DNA of 64,000 bases, taken from Antedon mediterranea (taxonomy: Eukaryota; Animalia; Echinodermata). Below, piece after piece: positions 40,834-53,373 of the stretch. Where the stretch lies: contig NC_092672.1 of NCBI RefSeq assembly GCF_964355755.1, positions 27,968,437-28,032,436 on the forward strand. The letters run 5' to 3'. A program made the translations under genes and the position numbers. The notes beneath the pieces were generated by a model. The model did no database searches. It had not been told where the DNA came from and was given only the letters and a program-made list of their open reading frames with translations. How positions within the stretch are numbered: position 1 is the first letter of the stretch; every line of letters starts with the position of its first letter.

Positions 40834-43800
40834 CACTTTGACTGCCAAACACGAAGATCTTCGTTTTTGGAAACACAACGCTTGAATGCCAAACACGAAG
40901 ATCTTTGTGTTTCGCGATTTTTACAAAATCGGGTAGATAGGTTAATTATTGGTATATACTATAAATATGACCACTATATTCGGTCTGGACCGTCAATATT
41001 TTACAATTTGAAAGTAACTAATCTGGTTACGAACGACTGTCGAAATGGTACCTGTTGAAATAACAAACACCGCGCATCACAGTAGCGCGTAGAGCGATGG
41101 CTTGGTGCATTGTGTATCGGTCGCGCACTAGCTATGCCGCCGAAGCACTACAAAGGTTTTTGTGGATTGACATGTTTGTTTGTTATATGAATAAAAAATA
41201 ATGGAGTCATTTTCAATATGAAGTCTTTAATTTTATTATTGTATGTATACCCTAATTGTTTTGGTGTTTTACTGAAAGTGACCGAGTTTCACGCAACAAA
41301 CTTGTTTTGAAATGGTATGGATATTATCATCAGTTTACTATCTAGGCTAGTAGTACTAGTAGTACTAGCCTAGCCTAGGCCTAGTCGTAAAACGGTTCCG
41401 GACCAACTTTAGGCCTGGTTAACTAGGCCTGGTATCTTTACTATGTGGATTTTTGCAAAATATTCATGTAAGATTTATGATTTATAAAATGTAATACATT
41501 TTTCGATAGTGATAACTTGTTTTTATAGGCCTATCGGTGCCGTGTAAGTAACTTTTTCGTTGTTTGTTGATCTCACCGGGCGATATTTTCATATTGTGAT
41601 GTCTTGCACAAAATCGCGAATATCTCGACTTTCTTGCGCGAAACTACGAAAAACTCAAAAAGTGGGTTAACTTACTTTTATTTTACTATTACGATTTAAA
41701 AATCGTTCTTGGTACCATTGTAAAGCTAAAATCTTTATGATTATTTTAGTCTAAATTACATATAAATCAGATCACATACAGTACAGGACAGAATTATTGC
41801 AAAAATCCCAACGCATTCAACACGTTGTCGTTGCGTTGTGTTTGCGTTGCGTTGAACGGCTTTCAACGTTTAGTTGTTTATTCAACGAAAGTCGTTATCA
41901 GCATGTCAAGTAAACAATTAGTTATTTCAACGCTAGCTGCTGCAGCACTCTAGACTGGCCGATTGCACGCCTGAACGATCAGTAACAACAACAGGCAAAA
42001 TACCTATCGGCAGTCACTACCAGATATTTTAATATAAATAAAAAATATATATGAAGCTTAGATATATTTTTAAGTATTGAACGGACAGTTACCAAATAAA
42101 ACACACAGTGATATTTCCCAGTGTTTAGTGAAGGAAAACATCGAATAATAAGGTCGATGCCAAGTCTAACAGTTAACAGTCACTGTACTGTAGGCCTTCC
42201 GGGGGAAAACACGATCTCACGTCGTAAAATCAAACAACGTGGAAATTACTGACATCAACACACGAGGCCGCCACCCTGGTTTCCTCAAGAAAAACACCAC
42301 GTGTGTTATGACGTATTTAACGATCGTTAATGACGACGAAGTAATTAATTTTATTTAGGCCTACATTTTTTAGCTGTTCGAGATTCAAGAGATAAAGTTA
42401 AAATATTGTTTCTCTATTTTGGTTTTTATTTTATAGTTGTCCCATTGTTTGTTGTAATGTAATTTGAAAGAACTAAAAAATTTGACGTGTCCGACACCCA
42501 TGAACCAATTTAAATCTTTATAAATCGAACAACATTACATTTTTAAGTACAAAAAGCGTTTTGAATACGTTAACAATAGAGCGTGTTGAATGTGTTGAAC
42601 CCGTTGACCGTTCATTGACGACGTTAAACAATTGAATCCCATAGCGTTGAACGCGTTGAAAACGTTGCGCGTTTTGAAAAGCATCACACTGTAAACTGAT
42701 TCAAATGTTGGCTGTTCGCTCGCATATTCTCGCAACTCCCATCCCATTCATACAGTTTCAGGAGGAGGCCGATATAATTATATTAAGAAACAAAACAATA
42801 GTATGTTAAAGAGAAAACGCCTAAACCTCGCCTGTAATAATATATTGTCTTGCATCAGAATAAAGTGGTTCTTTATTCTGAATTGTTTGGTTATTCAAAT
42901 ATTTGTGGGTTACACCTTGGCGTGAATAATATGGTATGGCACAGGTTTTGATTTTAAAGAAAACGCCTAAAATTGCCTATTGTCATCAAATTGGTCATTC
43001 CTATTTCTTGGTTATTATATTTAACGCTTTTCTCTGCATGGGTTACGTTAGGCATCACAATAATTAATTTATAATATAATACATGATAATGATATATTTA
43101 TGGATAATAATAAAACTAAACGATTTTTTTCCCTTTTAATTACGCGTTATTTCATAATGAATGAACTCTTCACCTTTCGATCAGTTCGTCCCTCACGTCA
43201 CGAAAAGCATGCGTGAAAAAGACGACGACCATGCTGGATCGTTATGTTGGTGGTGTATTGTTGCCTCCATGGCGGCGGGTGTAGGCTACGTTGTTTTTAT
43301 AAATAATCGAGAAAAATGTAGTACAGTACTGCGAAGTTTTTAGTTTGGAAATAATTAATTACGATGTGACCTAGCCTCCAAGATTCACCGCCACCTTAAC
43401 TTTGGTATTTAATACTCCAGTTAATATAGGCACACAGTAATTAAGGACATGACCACTACTTTTAACTGCGATGGCAGACGCGGCTCATATACACACGGGG
43501 CCTACTCGTTAGTAGTAGGCCTAGCCTAGTGTAATATATTAAGCTAGGTTTCCGCGGAAAAATACACATTATGTTTGTTTTCTTAAATATTTGTAATACT
43601 GTATTTTATACTATTACTACTACTACTAATACACACTGGCAATCTGTAAATACCATACGAATCCGATTGTTCGTTATTTCAACGCAAACTCAACGCAACA
43701 CATTGTGTTGGTTGAATAAACAGTTCAACGAACTCAACACTTTCAACGCCAACGGACAACGCAGTTTCAACGCGTTGTCAACACTTTAACAATGCGTTGA

Positions 43801-43904
43801 ATGCGTTCAAAATCTGCAATAATTCTGTCCGGTACTGTACATGGTTTCAATCAGCTTTAATAAAAACATCGAATTGGGCTAAAAACGCTCTGGCAGTCAA
43901 AGTG
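40834..43904 (+). mobile_element. TTAA-flanked piggyBac-like MITE (~1.0 kb) with both ends intact, interrupted by a 2.06 kb insertion
   Basis: TTAA|CACTTTGACTGCCA...TGGCAGTCAAAGTG|TTAA, perfect 14-bp TIR. Confidence 0.92.
41779..43837. mobile_element. Non-autonomous Tc1/mariner-type element (TA TSD) nested in the MITE
   Basis: TA|CAGTACAGGACAGAATTATTGCA...TGCAATAATTCTGTCCGGTACTG|TA; empty site ATCACA-TA-CATAGTTTC visible at 10266-10282; subterminal CAACG/CGTTG repeats. Confidence 0.92.
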
Positions 43905-44978
43905 TTAAGCCAAGCAAAACAAATTTCCATTTTAAACTGGACTGGTCCAATAAAAGTTCTGGAATCTTGAATCTCCAGGCATCCATCTGCACTGTAAATG
44001 CGCGCAACCGTTGCCTGTTTCGAAAGATCCCTAATGAACTTGCGTACAATGGCTGACACCATGTATAATATGAATCTAGGCAGTTCTAATGATAATCTCT
44101 GTCCCATACACACATACGTATACATAGTCAAGTATGTGATGTCAAAAGGAAACTGAGTACAACTGGTGGATACGTACTTAATTACACTTTTTATATAAAA
44201 AAAATACAAACCAAATTAACTACACTCGATCAATTGTGTATTACAATTCTATTTAGTAACCAGTCCAACAACTTTTTAAAAATTACCAGAAACGCCACTG
44301 ATATGATTGTACATTTGAAAAGAAACATTTTAAAACTACTAAACTCAACTGTTATATAGTTGATCGACGATTGATTACCAGGTTTAACAAGTTTCATGGA
44401 TGAGGAAAAATGACAAAATTCACCACAATCACATTTCAATGAGCTTTCCCATTTAACTCTCATCTCAACTCGTTTGTTTCTAATTAACATATATGCCCTG
44501 AAGGTACTGTAGGGATATATGTGCTTGGCACTTCTTTGTTCAAACATTGTATTAATATGTTCCTTACCGAGGCTATGGAACCCTACCTGTTCAAACCTTC
44601 CCAAAGGGTATAAATAATGTGGTTGCAAAAAAAGCAGTCATATTTTAATTACACTCAATCAATTGCTTATGTTTTTAATAGAATTTAATTACATTTTTAT
44701 ATAACAATTTTGTTTAAAAGTTCCGTTTTTAGTGTAGTTACTAAACACTAAAAACAAAACTTCAAAACAAAATATTGTTTGGAAGACGATGTATTTAGAA
44801 GTATAATTTGTTTTTAATTATTATTACATTTTATTATCACAACATTGTTAATATTTTTAATGATGTAAAAGTTGAGTTTAATATTATAATTTAGAATACC
44901 GATCAACCAAATATGGAACATTCAGTTAATGACATTATTTAATAATAATAATAATAAATATTATATAAATTAACTTAA

Positions 44979-46254
44979 CTAGATGGCACGCTCGCTTCGC
45001 TCGCGTACCATCTAGGTCGTGCCCACAGATGGTTCTCGAATACACAGTATTTCCAGCGAGAAAAAAATGGAGATTTCAAATGAACTGCAGGACTATAATA
45101 AATTTTCGTTTACAGAAACGAATAAATATACACAATGATTTATGTAGTCAACCAAAATTAGCACCCTGGGAATTACTTCCGAGAGAGAAACAAAATGAGT
45201 CAATTTTTTTATTTGGACTCATTTAAACAAACCCAATTTGTGTTTTGTATGTAACATTAAGGGTTGAGGGATGGGGGAAGAAGATAGGTACAAAGAGGAA
45301 ACATTTTAAAATATATTCTTATCCACTCAGTAACGAAATATTGTTTTTAATGTTTTATAGGCCTATAAATAATATACCACTAAATACAGTAAAACATTTA
45401 CGATTTAATACTTTGTTAAAACTCTCACTGTCATAGTCGATTGAAATAGTAAAGTACATGTAACGATACACCACTACGACGTTTATATATTTTTAAATTA
45501 TTAATTAATACAAACGTTGAGAAGCAACTATCAGTAATAACGTTTATTTATTTGTATATTATATGTTTATAATCTAACAGTAGGGCTTACCCACACTCAC
45601 AGTAATAAAGTTTATTTGTATATTTGTTTATATTATATCTAACAGTACCAACACTCATTTGCGATTCAAATTGCGATCAAAAGTGGTTAATACCTTAACA
45701 GTATTGTACAGCATTGCAATACTATTTATGTTTATTCTCAAAGGGGGCCCATAAATCTAAATCTATACCTCTATGGTTAAACCAAATAATTTGGAATGTT
45801 CCATTCATCACAAATCAATACATTTGTAAAAACGTATATTACATGTATCAAAATAGTATTTTTTAAAGAAAATCGGCCTGTCTTCAACATTATGATGCTG
45901 TACTCTAGCTGTTCAACCAGTTTTCAGCTATTAAAAACAATTATCGTAGGAGGAGATAGGAAAATGCGAAGCCTCCTCGTATTTTTGTGGCGGGTATTTT
46001 TCAAGATGGACATCCATTAGACAGTGTATACCACGATCGGAAAACACCCCTATTTGGGGCAAATCGTTGAACCTAAATTCGTTTTAATCGTCAATAACTA
46101 ATTACCTAACTCAATTTAATTAGTAAACAGGGTTACATCAGATGGTTAAAATCAGTACCGAAAGTATGAACCAACTTTATATACCATCGAGTAGAAATTC
46201 TAGAAATAAACCGAGATTTACCGAATTTTGCCCTTACGTAAATTTATATATAGA
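44979..46254 (-). mobile_element. Non-autonomous Helitron
   Basis: Minus strand A|TCTATATATAAAT...hairpin...CTAG|T; terminal hairpin CTAGATGGCACGC TCGCTTCGCTC GCGTACCATCTAG; no TSD. Confidence 0.8.
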
Positions 46255-47269
46255 TACTTTGACTGCCAGAGGTTTTTCCAGTTAGAACCTGCCACCGCCA
46301 GCTTTTTTAGCCCAATTTGATGTTTTTATTAAAGCTGATTGAAACTATATACTGTACAGTATGTGATCTCATTTATATTTAATTTAGACTAAAATAATCA
46401 TAAAGATTTTAGCTTTACAATAGTACAAAGAACGATTTTCAAATGGCAATATGTAAATTGAATAGTAAAATAAAAGTAACCCACTTTTTTTAGTTTTTCG
46501 TAGTTTCGCGCAAGAAAGTCAAGATATTCATGATTTTGTGCAAGACATCACAATATGAAAATATCGCCCGGTGAGATCAACAAACAACGAAAAAGTTACT
46601 TACACGGCACCGATATGCCTATAAAAACAAGTTATCACTATCAAAAAATGTATTACATTTTATAAATCTTAAATCAATGTTTCGCCAAAATCCATATAGT
46701 AAAGACATCAGGCCTACAGTTAACGAGGCCTAAAATTGTTCCGGAACCTTTTTACAACTAGACCTAGGCATACTGTAGGCTAGCCTAGTACTACTAGCCT
46801 AGTAAACTGATGATAATAGCCATACCATCTAAACAAGTTTGTTGCATGAAACTCAGTCACTTACAGTAAAACCCCAAAACAATTAGGGTATACATACAAT
46901 AATAAAATTAAAGACTTCATATTGAAAATGACTCCATTATTTTTTATTCAGATTACAAACAAACTTTACCAATCCACAAAAACCTTTGTAATGCTTTGGC
47001 GGCATAGCTAGGGCTAGACCGATACACAATGCGCCAAGCCATCGCTCTACGCGCTACTGTGATGCGCAGTGTATGTTATTTCGACAGGTCCCATTTTGAC
47101 AGTCGTTCATAAAATATTAAAATATTTACGGCCCAGACCGAATATAGTGTCCATATTTATAGTATATACCAATAATTAACATTTCTACCGGATTTCGAAA
47201 AAAAAGCAAAACACGAAGATCTTCATGTTTGGCAGTTAAGCGTTGTGTTTCCAAACACGAAGATCTGTG
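46255..47269 (-). mobile_element. Inverted copy of the TTAA-flanked MITE
   Basis: Reverse complement colinear with 40834-43904; ends GTG|TTAA at 47270; the other TTAA is displaced to 44975-44978 by the Helitron. Confidence 0.9.
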
Positions 47270-47843
47270 TTAAAGAAGAAGTGCTAAAGAAAACATTAAC
47301 GTTGAAAATGAACAATAAAAACCTGAAAGTTAAAGTGATAGGTTTACAACAATTTTAAAAATAAAAAAAATGAATAGATATGAAAATCAAAATGTAAATT
47401 CAAAATTGTTCAAATATTTACTATCACAATTATTTATTTTATGGGCATGTTTTATGCTATGAGGACAATACATGACTTTTTTCTAAGGAACAATAAAGGA
47501 ACTTGATTAATGATTAAATTTTAGGGCCTGTTCAGACCTACGGATTTTTTCTTTCGTATTGTACGCGGCGTACAACTTTATAGGTCTGAACCAGGAAAAG
47601 ATTGTTCCTGGGGAAAAGTTTTAGGAAAAGGCTATAAAGCATTTTAAACCTCATAAATGTTTGTTTCCATCAAGTAACATATGGTAAATCTATCAAGTAT
47701 TCAAAAGGTAATACTTTTACCAGAAGCACCTTTTAAATACACAGAATTCTCAAGATTAGGGTATGTCAGAGGGGTGTGTTTCTGATCTAGGTATAAAATA
47801 AAAAACCTGCACTGCATTTTTTACACCCTAGATAAAGTAACTA

Positions 47844-50005
47844 CAGTACCAGCAAGAATTACTGCCCAATTCGGACGCGGCAGACGCGGCATGAATACGT
47901 CCATGACGCGTCCACTTCGCGTCCATTATATCGACGCGTCTGACGTGATTTGACCTTAGACCAACGTCCTTTGTGTTTGAGCTAACCGGGAGCTAACCAC
48001 GCCGGTGTTAACGTAAACAAAAGCTCCGCATTGTTACTGTACTACAGTTATATTCTGTACGATGTTTTCTAAACCCGTGAAAACCTGTATTAAACGAAAT
48101 GTATTTTATACTACAGTAGTTAATAACATGCAAAAAAAAACCTCTAAAAAACGAATTAATGAATAAGTGCGTATAGATACCAGTTCATTAGTACTACAGC
48201 TTACTATATGGGCAAGAAAGACTGATTTTTTGTGAGTAAAATTATTATCGGATGTCAAAAAACTTCTTTGGCACGCCGCCTAAAAAGAAACCGCTGAACG
48301 AGACTTGCGGGAAATGCAGTGCTGAAACCACGTGTGCCTGCCATGCAGTAAAACCACGTGATAGCATATTTACCAAACTCGAACGTTCGGCGACTAGACC
48401 CGAGTGTGTGAAAATATGTTGCTTTCGCTGTCCGAGCGAAGCAATGAATTGTGAGTATCGAATGTCAAAAAACTTCTTTGGCACGCCGCCTAAAAAGAAA
48501 CCGCCGAACGGGACTTGCGGGAAATGTAGTGCTGAAACCACGTGTGCCTGCCATGCATGCAGTAAAACCACGTGATAGCATATTTACCTAACTCGACCGT
48601 TCGGCGACCCGAGTGTGTGAAAAATAGTTTGCTTTCGCTGTCCGAGCGAAGCAATGAATTTTATATACTAATTAAAAAATCGACACATTGTAATGGACAA
48701 AAATGGTGCAGTACATGTAGTTTTGTAACACTATAAATATCCTCAACCTATTTTTATTCATTATATTAAATTCTAGCACCCGCCCTTGGCTTTTTTGTTT
48801 TAAATCGCTTTTGTACCAAGCCTTAATGCCTTTGTGTTGTTCCGTGTCCTATTGTCTTTTTCTATTCAGTGTATCAAATTCTAACACCCGCCCTTGTTTT
48901 TTTGTACCAATTTTGGGGTCTAAGCATAGAGATATTATAGTGACAATTTTGGGGTCTAAGCATAGAGATATTATAGTGAACTTCACTATAATATCTCTCT
49001 ATGCTTAGACCCCAAAATTGGTACAAAATAACATTAACTAAAAAAATATTATTACAGTCATTATTACAATTATACAAACACTGTAATCTTAACATGATCA
49101 GAGAGGAACATCATTATAGCGTAAACAAAATATTTCTTAATATTTATAAGCAAAGCGTACACAGAATGCCTAGTGTTGTACTGTACGTCATCAACAGGGT
49201 CATCAACCCGCTTTTCAGCAGCGGTAGAACATGGTTGCAATATTGCTGGGATCCAATGGAGTAGAAAAATATCACGTGCTCTTTGTTGCGCGCTTATTAT
49301 GACGACCATGGAGATATAAATTGACAGTGTACAGTACATACTGTAGGCTACATGATTTTGTTGAGCCTTCTTCCACAGTTTTAACTCATCATATGACATT
49401 TAAATATAACTTATTTCTCTATGATCATATCAATAATTCAACATGAAATAGAGGCCTCGTTATTAAAAAAATATTCTTCCATAAAATGATTCATATGAAC
49501 AAAATATACTGTATCATGACGATGATTATTGATCGAGTACGCTAGGCCGATCTCAGGCGGTGGTGTACGTGCTAGACAGTGAAGAACCGGCCGGCTAGAT
49601 CCCACGGCGGGCTAGCGATGGATATAGACACAGTTTCGCACGAAACTGGCTTTTTGGACGAATTATTCGGCAGATAAAAATAAACACAACACACACAAGT
49701 CGTAGGCTAACTTTATTTATTTTTTAATCATATTGTTTGTGAATGTGAAAGTATTTTATAAACAAACACCAATACAGCCGACCCTGCTCAACAGTCAGGC
49801 TTAGTTTTCCGATGTCATTTGAATATGAATACGGTCGCGAACAATAACAAAAACAGACTCAGGTAGCGAGGACACGGCCCGCCCGACGAAAGTGCGTCCA
49901 AATCATTGGTTTAGTTTATGAATGGACGCGTCGTGGACGCAAATTGGACGGACACTCGACGCGTCCGTCGCGTCCAAAAAGGGGCAGTAATTCTCGCTGG
50001 TACTG
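47844..50005. mobile_element. Non-autonomous Tc1/mariner-type element (TA TSD), 2.16 kb
   Basis: TA|CAGTACCAGCAAGAATTACTGCCC...GGGCAGTAATTCTCGCTGGTACTG|TA; subterminal GACGCG/CGCGTC repeats; internal 210-bp duplication (48245-48660) and palindrome (48901-49030). Confidence 0.9.
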
Positions 50006-50345
50006 TATTTGTAAAACAGGCTTTAGAAAAAAAAGATAACATTATGCAATATTTAGCCTATCCCCGTACCCCCTTCCCCTATCCTTTAATCTATATACAG
50101 TAATCCTGGATCCTCCCCGGGTGGTGGTAATGACTGCAACAAAATTTAGGTGCAATCAATTGAAAAAAAGAAAGGTTTTTTGGTAATGTTATGGTGCTCC
50201 ATGCTCTATTTTTAGGCCCTTTTCAAAATTCTAAAACAATTTCTTTCAAATGTAAAAAACAAAATTAAATCTGTTTCCAGCAAATATTTCATGCTAAATA
50301 TAATAATTTAATAATAGTAATAACAACAATACTGTAGAAGGATTA

Positions 50346-52358
50346 CGGTCGAAGCGGCCGCCAACCAAAGCGGCCGCTAGTTCAATAACGGTAATTTGTA
50401 TGGAACGCCGTGTGCGCTTTGATTGTCGTTGTTTTGTAATTTTTGATTGTCAATTTTTTCGATCGACAGGTTTTCTTTTACTCGGATGTAAATAACAACC
50501 TACATTATTAATATTATGTAATTTATTCTCTTTTTTTACAGATTGCATGTGATACGTTCTTTTAAACGAAATGGCGAATCGATGATTACTTACTTTAACT
50601 GTTTAATAAAGTCAATAAAATACATTCTGGTGTTTGTATTGTATATTAATATAATATATAATAAGCCAATTATTAAGAATAATATATATATTTTTTCAAT
50701 AAAGTATATCAAAATATATATATTTGTTATTGTATATTGCAAGTGTCTGAACGGTACGGTAATTAATTACGCAAATTTCTGCTAATAACTCGACTGGCGG
50801 CCGGCCAGGAATAGTGCTGTAGAAGGTCGCGTTTTCTTCTTCACGTTGCTTTATTGAAAACACAAACAATGTATTACAATGGAATAACACTTAAATATAT
50901 AACACACCCTATTACTAATCATTAAAAACAAGATTCGATAGTATAGTGTAAACGAGATATAAAAATTTGGCAATACCGTACGTAAATTATTATTGCAATA
51001 CTGTATAAAGATTCGATGTAAATGAGATATAAAGATTCGGCAATACCGTACGTAAATTATTAATGCAATACTGTATAAAGATTCGATAGTATGTAAATGA
51101 GATATAAATATTCGGCAATACCGTTACGTAAATTATTAATGCAATACTGTATAAAGATTCGATAGTATGTAAATGAGATATAAAGATTCGGAAATACCTT
51201 ACGTAAATTATTAATGCATTACTGTAAAAAGATTCGATAATATATGTAAATGAGATATAAAGATTTGGCAATACCGTACGTAAATTATTAATGCAATACT
51301 GTATGAAGATTCGATAGTATGTAAATGAGATATAAAAATTCGACAATATCGTACGTAAATTATTAATGCAATACTGTATGAAGATTTGATAGTATGTAAA
51401 TGAGAAAGATTCGGCAATACCGTACGTAAATTATTAATGCAATACTGTATGAAGATTCGATAGTATGTAAATGAGATATAAAGATTCGACAATACCGTAC
51501 GTAAATTATTATTGCAATACTGTATCAAGATTCAATAGTATGTAAACGAGATATAAATATTCGGCAATACCTTACGTAAATTATTAATGCAATACTGTAT
51601 AAAGATTCAATACTGTAGTATGTAAACGAGATATAAAGATTCGGCAATACCGTACGTAAATTATTAATGCAATACTGTATGAAGATTCGATAGTATGTAA
51701 ATGAGATATAAAGATTCGGCAATACCGTACGTAAATTATTAATGCAATACTGTATCAAGATTCGATAGTATGTAAATGAGATATAAAAATTCGACAATAC
51801 CGTACGTAAATTATTAATGCAATACTGTATGAATATTCGATTGTATGTAAATGAGATATAAATATTCGGCAATACCGTATGTAAATTATTAATGCAATAC
51901 TGTATAAAGATTCGATAGGAGAGTGCTCAAGAAACGTCGGGTCAGTTCAACGTTGTTTTTTTCCTTCACTGCCAACATATTTTTTTTTAAAAAGAGATAT
52001 AAATAAACAAATAAATAGTACGTAAATGAGACATAAAGGTTCAATAGTATGTAGATTATGATGCAAACGTAAATTATTAATGATTCGATAGTATATGTAA
52101 ATATATTTAGTTAGTTAATATTAAAATACAAATAAAATATACATTGATTTATCGGCAGGCAAAATTAATTATTATAGCAATATAAAGATTCGATAGTACA
52201 TGATTTGGCTTATATTTATTGGTTTGACCATACATACAGCTGTAACTCAACTCGCCATGGCGTTGACAACGACAATCAAAGATTAAAGCGCACATGGCGT
52301 TCCATATAAATGACGATATTAAACTGGCGGCCGCTTTCGTTGCCGGCCGCTTCGACCA
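50346..52358. mobile_element. Non-autonomous TIR element (TA flanks), 2.0 kb, hosting a satellite-like array
   Basis: TA|CGGTCGAAGCGGCCGCCAACCAAAGCGGCCGCTAGTT...AACTGGCGGCCGCTTTCGTTGCCGGCCGCTTCGACCA|TA. Confidence 0.85.
50932..51918. repeat. 75-bp tandem array, ~13 units
   Basis: Unit GATTCGATAGTATGTAAATGAGATATAAAGATTCGGCAATACCGTACGTAAATTATTAATGCAATACTGTATAAA. Confidence 0.95.
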
Positions 52359-52734
52359 TACTCCCTGTACAACACCTTCTTTAGACCACCTAATATTCAA
52401 ATTAATCAAATGAGGGGAAATATACATAATTAAGGAACTTAGGAAGCACTACCTGGCAACACCTATTCAGGGGACACCCCTATCTATAATGTGAATACCT
52501 TTTTTGGTCCTGAGGATGTCCCTTCATAGCGGTTCTATTCTACTGTATTGAGCACAATTGAAAAAAATAATTTCTATACATTTCGAAAGCATACAGTAAC
52601 ATTCCAAAAATTTGCATCATGTTTTTTAATTATCACTGAACGCCGACGATGATTTATTGTTTATCTCACACCCAGTATATTGTATATTGTCCAAATCTTA
52701 TTATGAACTAATAAACTAAAAGATAAATACTTAC

Positions 52735-52809
52735 ATCTGCTACTGTTTGCGCCAAAGAAGAAAGACTTGTATAAAAAAGAGTAAATATAAATAAAGTTAG
52801 AATGGCCAT
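52735..52809 (-). CDS. HSPG2: Perlecan-like gene, first coding exon (signal peptide)
   Basis: ATG...GAT|GTAAGT, 75 nt, phase 0; MAILTLFIFTLFYTSLSSLA-QTVAD is a typical signal peptide; in-frame TGA 5 codons upstream; phase matches exon at 20956. Confidence 0.8.
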
Positions 52810-53284
52810 CGTCCACTGCAGTCAGAGTTGAGGAATTCCAATGCTATCCGTAGCCGATACCACCAGGCTGTGGTTGAACCGCTGGCTAATTTGTGTCGAT
52901 ACCAGCCTCGACACACAGTATGCACTTAAGCACCAGAAATAAAGATGTTCCAAGGAATATCCTTTCTTGTGGTCCGATAGATTGAAAAAGAACCACTTTT
53001 AGCCCTCTTTAAATGAGAGAACTAAGGTAACAATCCTCGACTCTACCCTGCTTGACTGGACGGGTAAAAAATTAGGGTTGTCTAAAACCAGTGAATTATC
53101 GAGGGCCACAAAATCACTCAAGCGTGTAATGTAGTTACTAAAACATGTGTGAAAGCTGTTCCAAGAGAGCAACCTAAACTTGTAGACTTAATGAATTTAC
53201 CATTAAATACAAGCGAGTAAAACCTAAAAATTACGTTACGATCAACAATTACAACGAAATTTTACTTTGTTCAAAACAATTTCA

Positions 53285-53373
53285 GTATACGACTAATAGG
53301 AAATAAGTTAACAATACATAGATGGAGGGAGTGAGCGCACACCATGTACAGGATACTGAATATTGATTGGCTG
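53285..53373 (-). promoter_or_regulatory. Candidate core promoter of the perlecan-like gene (CCAAT box, Inr-like TTAGTC)
   Basis: Minus-strand CAGCCAATCA at 53364-53373, ~75 bp upstream of TTAGTC (53291-53296); motif match only. Confidence 0.3.

Noticed and set aside
50990-51872. Repeating 25-aa ORFs resembling LRR-like repeats
   Set aside because: Consequence of a 75-bp unit inside a transposon; frames broken by indels
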